Assembly: GCA_900617105.1 (NCBI GenBank)
Contig: UYFQ01000621.1
Location: 62,001 to 103,250, forward strand
Direction of reading: 5' to 3'
Length of the DNA: 41,250 nucleotides
Source of the DNA: Hydrurus foetidus
Lineage: Eukaryota
The position numbers were made by a program, and so were the translations under genes. Under the pieces are notes generated by a model that saw only the letters and a list, made by a program, of their open reading frames with translations, was not told where the DNA came from and did not search any database. This document shows, one piece after another, positions 1 to 11,353 of this stretch (the first letter of the stretch is position 1; each line of letters starts with the position of its first letter).

Positions 1-54
1 TCTAACAAAAGAGAAACATATGGGTTATGCACATATCGAAACAAGAGGAGCATA

Positions 55-2073
55 TTGCATGGTCAATCTTCTTCGAAGAGCAACGTCTCTAGTGTCCATA
101 CAATGTCGACATGTAACGATACTCAGATGGAAATCGAGGGAGTCGCGACCCAAGATCACTGTGGTGTTGTAGGTTGTGAGCGACTGAATAGTGTCACTAC
201 TATTCTCGCAAAATGTACGGGTGATACACTGCACCTAGGTGGCGACCGGATTCCCACCCCTACAAACGCTTCTGAGGAAACTGATACCCTAGACTATGTC
301 ACTGAGCCTTTATGGCCCAGTGGTGTCGCACTCTCAGTTGACGAGATTGACGATGGCAAGATAGACACGTTTACCCCCTTCTTGGCAGAAAAACCTAGTC
401 AAGATGACTTGCTCAAAGGACCAGAGGGTTTCCTCAAAGAGATTACTTTTGAAGGAGATGAAAGCTTTCAGATGAAGCTCCGAGAGCTCTGTTCTGAATA
501 TTCAGACATCTTTAGTGATCAATTAGCTGAGAAACCAGCGTCACTAAAACCCTTTGAGATTAACATCCCAGTTGAGTTGTGGGTCCGCCGATACGTCCCC
601 AGTCATCAACGAAAGAAGTTGCACTTATAGAAAATCTCGACGAGATGCTTGCATCAGGGGTTATTGAACGATCAGATGCTGCTTATTACAGTCATCCTGT
701 AATAGTAACTAAGTCACCCGGTAAATTTCGAACCTGCATCGATTACCGGCCACTTAATAGGTGTCTTGAGCCGGCCTCATTCCCGTTGCCTAATATCAAA
801 CACCTCTTTGAGAGGATCGGTAATATAAACCTGGATATTTTTGGTGTGATGAATTTAACCGCAAGTTACCATCAGGCACCGTTACACCCTTCACATCGCG
901 TTCTCACGGCATTCAAATGCTTTGCGGGGGTATTTCAGTTTACGAGACTGCCCTTTGGTCTGTGTCGTGCCCCCTCTTACTTTCAAGAGTAGATGGTAAC
1001 GGCGGTCCTCTATGGCCTTATCTATCATTGTTGCAAGATGTATCTCGACGATTGTATTGTATATGGCAAGGGTGAAGCAGAGTTTCTTACTAACTTGACA
1101 AAAGTGTTTGAGAGATTTAGGCTAAAAGGATTTAGGCTAGAGACTCAAAGCCAAAAAGTGCCGTTTCGGCCTCCAACGTATTGAATACGTTAGCAGAGTG
1201 GTCGAAAAAGATGGTTTATCCATGTCAAAAGAGAAAATAGAAACAGTATTGAACTTTTCTAATCCTAAGAATTTAACCTTATCAAGGTCATTTTCAGGAT
1301 TGGCAAGCTAATTTAGACAGTTTGTAACTATGCATTCCACGTTGATTGAACCAATCCAGGATATGATAGGGCCGTAGTTTGGACTCAGAAGAGCACCAAC
1401 GCGTTTTTAGACACAAAGATTGCTATATCTCGATGTCCATTGATGTATTTCATCGATGACAACAAGTTAGACATCCGTTTGTATACAGACGCGTCCGATT
1501 CTGGTATCGGCGGTGTATTATTCCAATAACTTTCATAAGCAAATCGTTGACACCCACACAGATAAGGTGATCGACAATACAAAAAGAAGCTTACGCTATC
1601 TTCTATTGTTGTACACAACTCGATTGTCTCATCAGAGATCGTACGTTCACTATCCATACGGATACTTGAACATAACGTATATGAAACAAAATCTTACCTC
1701 AATGGTAGCAAGATGGTTCATTGCTATGCAAGAACTCCATTTCACCGTGGTATTCGTACCCGGTACGTCAAACGTCATGGCTGATGCATTGTCTAGGCCA
1801 TGTCCTAATTTGACAGATATTGCTTTACCATTACGGACTGATGAATTGGAATTAATTCCAACTTCGTCATCATCGTTCACTGTGTCAGCGCTGACGGTCA
1901 TAGATTCTGCAACAGACGACCAGTTGGAACACATTCATATGTGCCACAATGCAAGTGCCGGTCACAACGGTGTCGACCGTACCCTTACTCAGTTGTTCAG
2001 TCTACAAGAAGTTTGGAAGAATATGAAACAACATGTACGTACGTTCATACAGAATTGTCCGTGTTGCCAGTAA
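55..2073 (+). pseudogene. Gypsy pol fragments: PR-RT spacer, reverse transcriptase, RNase H, integrase Zn-binding domain
   Basis: ORFs 55-630, 579-992, 993-1184 and 1513-2073 match copy B pol but are broken by deletions (near 582, 1368, 1526), a TAG at 990-992 and frameshifts. RT motif A is GVMN here versus GVMD in copy B. Confidence 0.93.
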
Positions 2074-5000
2074 TTGAGTGCAAAAGTTCCTAAGATCAAT
2101 GCCTCTCATTTCGCAACGTCAAATTATGCTATTTTTTATACGCTAAATGTTGACTATGTTGGTCCATCCCCTGACAAAGGATATATCCTTGTCATTATCG
2201 ATACATTTACACGCTGGACAGAATTGTTCTGGTGTGCAGATGCAGATGCAGATGCAGATGCAAAATCAGCAGCTGACTGTTTGCTTGCACATTTTGGTCG
2301 ATTTGGATCACCAAATATGATAAGATCGAATCGAGGATCCCATTTTGCAAACGATATGATCAAAGAATTCTTAGATCTTTGTGGAACACCACATAATCTC
2401 ACCCTTGCGTACTCGAAACAAGAGAATGCAATTGTTGAAAGAGTCAACAAGGACGTGAATAGACACCAAAGAGGTTTAGTTTTTGATAAACAAACCCTTG
2501 AGGGATGTCCTACGTCAATCCCATTTGTACAACGTATCAGTAAAAGTTCAGTTAATAGACGCACACGTGTTAGTCCCGCGTATTTATTGTTCGCGAACAA
2601 AATCGATTTGAATCGTGGTATTCTTACACGACAATTAAATGTAGGTACACATTCAAGATCAACGTACATATCAGATTTGATAAGTGTACAGGACACTGCC
2701 CTTGATACTGCAGTTCTTGCCAGTAATTGAGTGCAAAAGTTCCTAAGATCAATGCCTCTCATTTCGCAACGTCAAATTATGCTATTTTTTATACGCTAAA
2801 TGTTGACTATGTTGGTCCATCCCCTGACAAAGGATATATCCTTGTCATTATCGATACATTTACACGCTGGACAGAATTGTTCTGTTGTAGATGCAGATGC
2901 AGATGCAGATGCAAAATCAGCAGCTGACTGTTTGCTTGCACATTTTGGTCGATTTGGATCACCAAATATGATAAGATCGAATCGAGGATCCCATTTTGCA
3001 AACGATATGATCAAAGAATTCTTAGATCTTTGTGGAACACCACATAATCTCACCCTTGCGTACTCGAAACAAGAGAATGCAATTGTTGAAAGAGTCAACA
3101 AGGACGTGAATAGACACCAAAGAGGTTTAGTTTTTGATAAACAAACCCTTGAGGGATGTCCTACGTCAATCCCATTTGTACAACGTATCAGTAAAAGTTC
3201 AGTTAATAGACGCACACGTGTTAGTCCCGCGTATTTATTGTTCGGGAACAAAATCGATTTGAATCGTGGTATTCTTACACGACACTTAAATGTAGGTACA
3301 CATTCAAGATCAACGTACATATCAGATTTGATAAGTGTACAGGACACTGCCCTTGATACTGCAGTTCTTGCCAGTAATTGAGTGCAAAAGTTCCTAAGAT
3401 CAATGCCTCTCATTTCGCAACGTCAAATTATGCTATTTTTTATACGCTAAATGTTGACTATGTTGGTCCATCCCCTGACAAAGGATATATCCTTGTCATT
3501 ATCGATACATTTACACGCTGGACAGAATTGTTCTGTTGTGCAGATGCAGATGCAGATGCAGATGCAGATGCAAAATCAGCAGCTGACTGTTTGCTTGCAC
3601 ATTTTGGTCGATTTGGATCACCAAATATGATAAGATCGAATCGAGGATCCCATTTTGCAAACGATATGATCAAAGAATTCTTAGATCTTTGTGGAACACC
3701 ACATAATCTCACCCTTGCGTACTCGAAACAAGAGAATGCAATTGTTGAAAGAGTCAACAAGGACGTGAATAGACACCAAAGAGGTTTAGTTTTTGATAAA
3801 CAAACCCTTGAGGGATGTCCTACGTCAATCCCATTAGTACAACGTATCAGTAAAAGTTCAGTTAATAGACGCACACGTGTTAGTCCCGCGTATTTATTGT
3901 TCGGGAACAAAATCGATTTGAATCGTGGTATTCTTACACGACACTTAAATGTAGGTACACATTCAAGATCAACGTACATATCAGATTTGATAAGTGTACA
4001 GGACACTGCCCTTGATACTGCAGTTCTTGCCAGTAATTGAGTGCAAAAGTTCCTAAGATCAATGCCTCTCATTTCGCAACGTCAAATTATGCTATTTTTT
4101 ATACGCTAAATGTTGACTATGTTGGTCCATCCCCTGACAAAGGATATATCCTTGTCATTATCGATACATTTACACGCTGGACAGAATTGTTCTGTTGTGC
4201 AGATGCAGCATGCAGATGCAGATGCAAAATCAGCAGCTGACTGTTTGCTTGCGCATTTTGGTCGATTTGGATCACCAAATATGATAAGATCGAATCGAGG
4301 ATCCCATTTTGCAAACGATATGATCAAAGAATTCTTAGATCTTTGTGGAACACCACATAATCTCACCCTTGCTTACTCGAAACAAGAGAATGCAATTGTT
4401 GAAAGAGTCAACAAGGACGTGAATAGACACCAAAGAGGTTTAGTTTTTGATAAACAAACCCTTGAGGGATGTCCTACGTCAATCCCATTTGTACAACGTA
4501 TCAGTAAAAGTTCAGTTAATAGACGCACACGTGTTAGTCCCGCGTATTTATTGTTCGGGAACAAAATCGATTTGAATCGTGGTATTCTTACACGACACTT
4601 AAATGTAGGTACACATTCAAGATCAACGTACATATCAGATTTGATAAGTGTACAGGACACTGCCCTTGATACTGCAGTTCTTGCCAGTAATTGAGTGCAA
4701 AAGTTCCTAAGATCAATGCCTCTCATTTCGCAACGTCAAATTATGCTATTTTTTATACGCTAAATGTTGACTATGTTGGTCCATCCCCTGACAAAGGATA
4801 TATCCTTGTCATTATCGATACATTTACACGCTGGACAGAATTGTTCTGTTGTGCAGATGCAGATGCAGATGCAGATGCAAAATCAGCAGCTGACTGTTTG
4901 CTTGCACATTTTGGTCGATTTGGATCACCAAATATGATAAGATCGAATCGAGGATCCCATTTTGCAAACGATATGATCAAAGAATTCTTAGATCTTTGTG

Positions 5001-7292
5001 GAACACCACATAATCTCACCCTTGCGTACTCGAAACAAGAGAATGCAATTGTTGAAAGAGTCAACAAGGACGTGAATAGACACCAAAGAGGTTTAGTTTT
5101 TGATAAACAAACCCTTGAGGGATGTCCTACGTCAATCCCATTAGTACAACGTATCAGTAAAAGTTCAGTTAATAGACGCACACGTGTTAGTCCCGCGTAT
5201 TTATTGTTCGGGAACAAAATCGATTTGAATCGTGGTATTCTTACACGACACTTAAATGTAGGTACACATTCAAGATCAACGTACATATCAGATTTGATAA
5301 GTGTACAGGACACTGCCCTTGATACTGCAGTTCTTGCCAGTAATTGAGTGCAAAAGTTCCTAAGATCAATGCCTCTCATTTCGCAACGTCAAATTATGCT
5401 ATTTTTTATACGCTAAATGTTGACTATGTTGGTCCATCCCAGAGGGATATATCCTTGTCATTATCGATACATTTACACGCTGGACAGAATTGTTCTGGTG
5501 TGCAGATGCAGATGCAGATGCAGATGCAGATGCAAAATCAGCAGCTGACTGTTTGCTTGCACATTTTGGTCGATTTGGATCACCAAATATGATAAGATCG
5601 AATCGAGGATCCCATTTTGCAAACGATATGATCAAAGAATTCTTAGATCTTTGTGGAACACCACATAATCTCACCCTTGCGTACTCGAAACAAGAGAATG
5701 CAATTGTTGAAAGAGTCAACAAGGACGTGAATAGACACCAAAGAGGTTTAGTTTTTGATAAACAAACCCTTGAGGGATGTCCTACGTCAATCCCATTAGT
5801 ACAACGTATCAGTAAAAGTTCAGTTAATAGACGCACACGTGTTAGTCCCGCGTATTTATTGTTCGGGAACAAAATCGATTTGAATCGTGGTATTCTTACA
5901 CGACACTTAAATGTAGGTACACATTCAAGATCAACGTACATATCAGATTTGATAAGTGTACAGGACACTGCCCTTGATACTGCAGTTCTTGCCAGTAATT
6001 GAGTGCAAAAGTTCCTAAGATCAATGCCTCTCATTTCGCAACGTCAAATTATGCTATTTTTTATACGCTAAATGTTGACTATGTTGGTCCATCCCCTGAC
6101 AAAGGATATATCCTTGTCATTATCGATACATTTACACGCTGGACAGAATTGTTCTGGTGTGCAGATGCAGATGCAGATGCAGATGCAAAATCAGCAGCTG
6201 ACTGTTTGCTTGCACATTTTGGTCGATTTGGATCACCAAATATGATAAGATCGAATCGAGGATCCCATTTTGCAAACGATATGATCAAAGAATTCTTAGA
6301 TCTTTGTGGAACACCACATAATCTCACCCTTGCGTACTCGAAACAAGAGAATGCAATTGTTGAAAGAGTCAACAAGGACGTGAATAGACACCAAAGAGGT
6401 TTAGTTTTTGATAAACAAACCCTTGAGGGATGTCCTACGTCAATCCCATTTGTACAACGTATCAGTAAAAGTTCAGTTAATAGACGCACACGTGTTAGTC
6501 CCGCGTATTTATTGTTCGGGAACAAAATCGATTTGAATCGTGGTATTCTTACACGACACTTAAATGTAGGTACACATTCAAGATCAACGTACATATCAGA
6601 TTTGATAAGTGTACAGGACACTGCCCTTGATACTGCAGTTCTTGCCAGTAATTGAGTGCAAAAGTTCCTAAGATCAATGCCTCTCATTTCGCAACGTCAA
6701 ATTATGCTATTTTTTATACGCTAAATGTTGACTATGTTGGTCCATCCCCTGACAAAGGATATATCCTTGTCATTATCGATACATTTACACGCTGGACAGA
6801 ATTGTTCTGGTGTGCAGATGCAGATGCAGATGCAGATGCAATCAGCAGCTGACTGTTTGCTTGCGCATTTTGGTCGATTTGGATCACCAAATATGATAAG
6901 ATCGAATCGAGGATCCCATTTTGCAAACGATATGATCAAAGAATTCTTAGATCTTTGTGGAACACCACATAATCTCACCCTTGCGTACTCGAAACAAGAG
7001 AATGCAATTGTTGAAAGAGTCAACAAGGACGTGAATAGACACCAAAGAGGTTTAGTTTTTGATAAACAAACCCTTGAGGGATGTCCTACGTCAATCCCAT
7101 TTGTACAACGTATCAGTAAAAGTTCAGTTAATAGACGCACACGTGTTAGTCCCGCGTATTTATTGTTCGGGAACAAAATCGATTTGAATCGTGGTATTCT
7201 TACACGACACTTAAATGTAGGTACACATTCAAGATCAACGTACATATCAGATTTGATAAGTGTACAGGACAATGCCCTTGATACTGCAGTTC
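2064..7292 (+). repeat. Head-to-tail tandem array of 8 x ~653 bp integrase-core units
   Basis: Junction GCAGTTC|TTGCCAGTAATTGAG recurs. ORF starts at 2074, 2727, 3378, 4037, 4691, 5344, 5999 and 6652 (periods 651-659). Units are near-identical and differ mainly in (GCAGAT)n length. Confidence 0.98.
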
Positions 7293-7821
7293 AAACTTTG
7301 TTGAAAGCAGATGCTAAAAACGCCGCGTCAGCCGGAATAGCTACCGTGTTTTCCGTGGGGTCATATGTCTTATGCCGATACACTGATCGACCTCCAACTT
7401 GTTTACACACTCAGTGGCATGGCCCTTACTGTGTTGTCTCCTTTAAAGGGTCCGAGTACGTTCTCGCGAACCTTGTGAATCACAAGGTTCGCGAAGTGTT
7501 CACGTCAAAAATTTGAAAATATTCAATTATGACCCAGAGGTAGATGTACCTGCTGACACTGCTTGTCATGATTATATGGAGTTTGTGGTTGAGAAAGTTC
7601 TGGGTCAAGCTGGTGATACCAAGAAACCGACAACAATGTCTTTCCATGTTAAATGGCACGATGACTCTCATAATACATGGGAGCGGTGCAAATCACTATG
7701 GCTCTGTGAAGCACTCCATGATTATTTACGGGATAACAAAATGAAACATTTCCTTCCCAAAAAACTTGAGACATTAAAATGGCTGATCCCGAATGTATTA
7801 TCTTTTGAAGATTTTTCCTAA
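7293..7821 (+). pseudogene. Integrase C-terminus (GPY-like) and chromodomain of Gypsy copy A
   Basis: WHGPYCVV followed by EFVVEKVLGQ...FHVKW..DSHNTWE. There is a frameshift near 7500 and a small deletion relative to copy C (WLNYDDSHNTWE). Confidence 0.88.
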
Positions 7822-7906
7822 TTTTCTCTCGATGGAGGTTTTATGATTTTAGTCAGTAAAAATCTGACATAATTTCGTATCGAGGCCTCGTGCACAAGTA
7901 TATCGT

Positions 7907-8366
7907 ATTAGGCACCCATCTTATCGCCGATGACCGACCTACCACTATGTCTATTTGTATGGATTTTAATTTTTGTATCTTATTTTTTGAGGTTTACCTT
8001 TTTGTATTCCCATTTTTTATTCTAGATTTATTTCTTTTCATTTCTGTAGTTGTTATTAGCATTAAATGTAGATTTTTGTGCAAAACGTGGTGATCGCGTC
8101 ATAGGTCCTTATTCTTTGAAAAAGAGGAGATAAGTGGGGGAAATGTGGTCGTACCGGGTATACCGGGTCTACGGCGCGATCACCACGTTTTGCACAAAAA
8201 TCTACATTTAATGCTAATAATAACTACAGAAATGAAAAGAAATAAATCTAGAATAAAAAATGAGAATACAAAAAGGTAAACCTCAAAAAATAAGATGTAA
8301 AATTTAAAATCCATACAAATAGACATAGTGGTGGGTCGGTCATCGGCGATAAGATGGGTGCCTAAT
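7907..8366. repeat. ~190 bp imperfect inverted repeat of the Gypsy 3' UTR (arms 7907-8098 and 8175-8366)
   Basis: ATTAGGCACCCATC...GTGATCGCG reappears as CGCGATCAC...GATGGGTGCCTAAT with several mismatches. The 76-bp spacer holds the PPT and the LTR start. Confidence 0.95.
8118..8174 (+). other. Polypurine tract plus first 31 bp of the 3' LTR of Gypsy copy A
   Basis: GAAAAAGAGGAGATAAGTGGGGGAAA is followed at 8144 by TGTGGTCGTACCGGGTATACCGGG, which matches the LTR start at 27326. Confidence 0.9.
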
Positions 8367-8584
8367 GAAATATAAAATATGAAATATGAAATATGAAATA
8401 TGAAATATGAAATATGAAATATGAAATATGAAATATGAAATATGAAATATGAAATATGAAATATGAAATATGAAATATGAAATATGAAATATGAAATATG
8501 AAATATGAAATATGAAATATGAAATATGAAATATGAAATATGAAATATGAAATATGAAATATGAAATATGAAATATGAAATATG
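8367..8584. repeat. (GAAATAT)n 7-bp simple repeat, about 31 copies
   Basis: Near-perfect heptamer array seen directly. Confidence 0.98.
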
Positions 8585-9059
8585 CAGTATGCAGTGTATT
8601 CTACAGCTCAACTCATCACAATTATTTATCACAAAATCAAACATGATTATTTTGTTGATTGATAATATTTAGAACTATGTAAAATAATTAAAACTACCAA
8701 CAACTCTGATTTTTGAAACTTGTAAATCTACTATTGAATTATTTCTGATATGCTTATCAATTTTTTGACGCTTTTATATAACAAAACATATTTCAAAAAA
8801 TGAAGCCGATCCCCCCAAAAGAAAGTCGCGCTTTTTTTCTATGACAAAGAATCTTCTACACATGCCGCTTCAATGGAAGCATCGAAGCGTGTCGCGATCG
8901 ATCACAAGGGCCAGGCTATCGTCGTGGCAATCTCAAATAAATCAGCGGAGTTTACAGATTATGATGATTTTGCAATCGACCAAATTCTTTGATGGATTTA
9001 GACAACGGTAAAAACATACGCATTAATACGTTCATACATGCATAATTACGTATAATGTG

Positions 9060-9185
9060 TACAAACATGCATACACGCATACACAAACACACACACGCAT
9101 ATGCGCACGCACTAAGACACACACACATACACACTAACACACACACACACGTACACACACACACACACAGACACACAAACTCACT
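9060..9185. repeat. Imperfect (CA)n microsatellite in PDI intron
   Basis: Seen directly. Confidence 0.9.
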
Positions 9186-9431
9186 CAATCAAATTTAGGT
9201 CGGAAGAAATATCCGTATAGAGGTCCAATGGAAGCAAAGGCCATGAGCGCATTCGTGCAGGACTTCCTTGACGGCAAAGCGAAACGAATTCTCGTGTCGC
9301 AACCGGTCAGTTGGTCAATTACTGTCGAAAGGTTTTTTGAAGACTTTCTCCTCCTCCCCGCGTCTACATTGTCTAGTCCCCCCTCTCCTTATCTTGTAAT
9401 CTTACTACCTCTCCCACTCCAATTCATGTTG

Positions 9432-11353
9432 AAATTCAAATTCAAATTCAAATTCAAATTCAAATTCTAATTCTAATTCTAATTCAAATTCAAATTCAAA
9501 TTCAAATTCAAATTCAAATTCAAATTCAAATTCAAATTCAAATTCAAATTCAAATTCAAATTCAAATTCAAATTCAAATTCAAATTCAAATTCAAATTCA
9601 AATTCAAATTCAAATTCAAATTCAAATTCAAATTCAAATTCAAATTCAAATTCAAATTCAGGTCCAATTCAGATTCAGTTCAGATTCAGATTCAAGTTGA
9701 TTCAAATTCAGATTCAGGATTCAGATTCAGATTCAGATTCAGATTCAGATTCAAATTCAGAGTTCAGATTCAAATTCAGATTCAGATTCAGATTCAAATT
9801 CGATTCAATTCAAATTCAGATTCAGATTCAATTCAAATTCAATTCAAATTCAGATTCAGATTCAAATTCAAATTCTTATTCAAATTCAAATTCAAATCCA
9901 GATTCCGATTCAGATTCAATTCGAATTCAAATTCAGATTCAGAATTCAGATTCAGGTTCAATTCGAATTCGATTCAAATTCAAATTCAAATTCAGATTCA
10001 AATTCAAATTCAAATCCAAATTCAAATTCAAATTCAAATTCAGATTCTAATTCAAATTCAATTCAAATTCAATTCAAATTCAAATTCAAATTCAGATTCA
10101 AATTCAAATTCAGATTCAAATTCAGATTCAAATTCAAATTCCAGATTCGAGTTCGGATTCAAATTCAAATTCAAATTCGAATTCAAATTCAAATTCAAAT
10201 TCCAGATTCAGATTCAGGATTCAGGGATTCCAGATTCGGGATTCGATTCAGATTCAGATTCAGGAATTCAAATTCTGATTCAGATTTAATTCAAGTTTAG
10301 GAGTTCAGGGTTGGGTTTCAAATTAAAGTTCAATTCAGTTTCGAGTTCAGGTTTCCAGGATTTAGGATTCAGTTCGGGTTTCGTTTGGATTCAGAACAGT
10401 TGCAGTTGAGATTCGATTCAAATTCAGATTCAAATCAAATTCAGATTCAATTCAGATTCAATTCAATTCCATTCAAATTCAAATTCAATTCCAATTCAAA
10501 TTCAAATTCAATTCAAATTCAGATTCAAATTCAAATTCAGATTCAATTCAATTCAAGTTGTTCAAATTCGAATTCAAATTCAAATTCAATTCAAATTCAA
10601 GTTCAATTCAAATTCAGATTCAAATTCAATTCAATTCAATTCAAATTCAAATTCAATTCAAATTTAAATTCAAATTCAAATTCAAGTTCAAATTCAAATT
10701 CAATTCAGATTCAAATTCAAATTCAATTCCGGATTCAGATTCTGATTCTGAATTCAATTCAAATTCATGATTCAAATTCAGATTTCAATTCATTCAGATT
10801 CGATTCAATTCAATTAATTCAAATTCAGATTCAAGGATTCAAATTCAATTCAAATTCAAATTCCAATTCAGATTCAAATTCAGATTGATTCAGATTCGAA
10901 TTCAGATTCTGATTCTGATTCAGGATTCAGATTCAGATTCGAATTCAGGATTCAGGATTCAGGATTCGATTCAAATTCAATTCAAATTCAAGATTCAAAT
11001 TCGAATTCAAATCAAATTCTAATTCAATTCAAATTCAAATTCATTCAAATTCAAATTCAAATTCAAATTCAAATTCAAATTCAAATTCAAATTCAAATTC
11101 AAATTCAAATTCAAATTCAAATTCAAATTCAAATTCAAATTCAAATTCAAATTCAAATTCAAATTCAAATTCAAATTCAAATTCAAATTCAAATTCAAAT
11201 TCAAATTCAAATTCAAATTCAAATTCAAATTCAAATTCAAATTCTAATTTAAATTCAAATTCAAATTCAAATTCAAATTCAAATTCAAATTCAAATTCAA
11301 ATTCAAATTCAAATTCAAATTCAAATTCAAATTCAAATTCAAATTCAAATTCA
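9432..11353. repeat. (TTCAAA)n/(TTCAGA)n hexamer satellite, ~1.9 kb
   Basis: Pure TTCAAA at about 9432-9660 and 11043-11353, with a degenerate TTCAGA/G-rich core in between. Confidence 0.98.

Larger units (their letters stand above)
1..8174 (+). mobile_element. Ty3/Gypsy chromovirus LTR retrotransposon, copy A (degenerate, 5' part outside window, 3' LTR truncated)
   Basis: Domain order RT (FRTCIDYRPLN, RLPFG, YLDD) - RNase H - integrase H2C2 (CHNASAGHNG...CPCCQ) - integrase core - GPY-like motif - chromodomain, then PPT and TG-initiated LTR start. Collinear with copy B (about 30290-32445) and copy C (39448-41250, minus strand). Confidence 0.96.

Noticed and set aside
2154..6687. Repeated ~202-aa antisense ORFs in the integrase array
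   Set aside because: Shadow frames of the integrase, repeated only because the DNA is repeated. No recognisable motifs.
2064..7292. CRISPR-like or cassette array
   Set aside because: Units are whole near-identical duplications with no unique spacers, in a eukaryotic retroelement context.
8367..11353. Telomeric or interstitial telomere repeats
   Set aside because: GAAATAT and TTCAAA lack the G-runs of TTAGGG/TTTAGGG-type repeats, and unique DNA flanks both sides.
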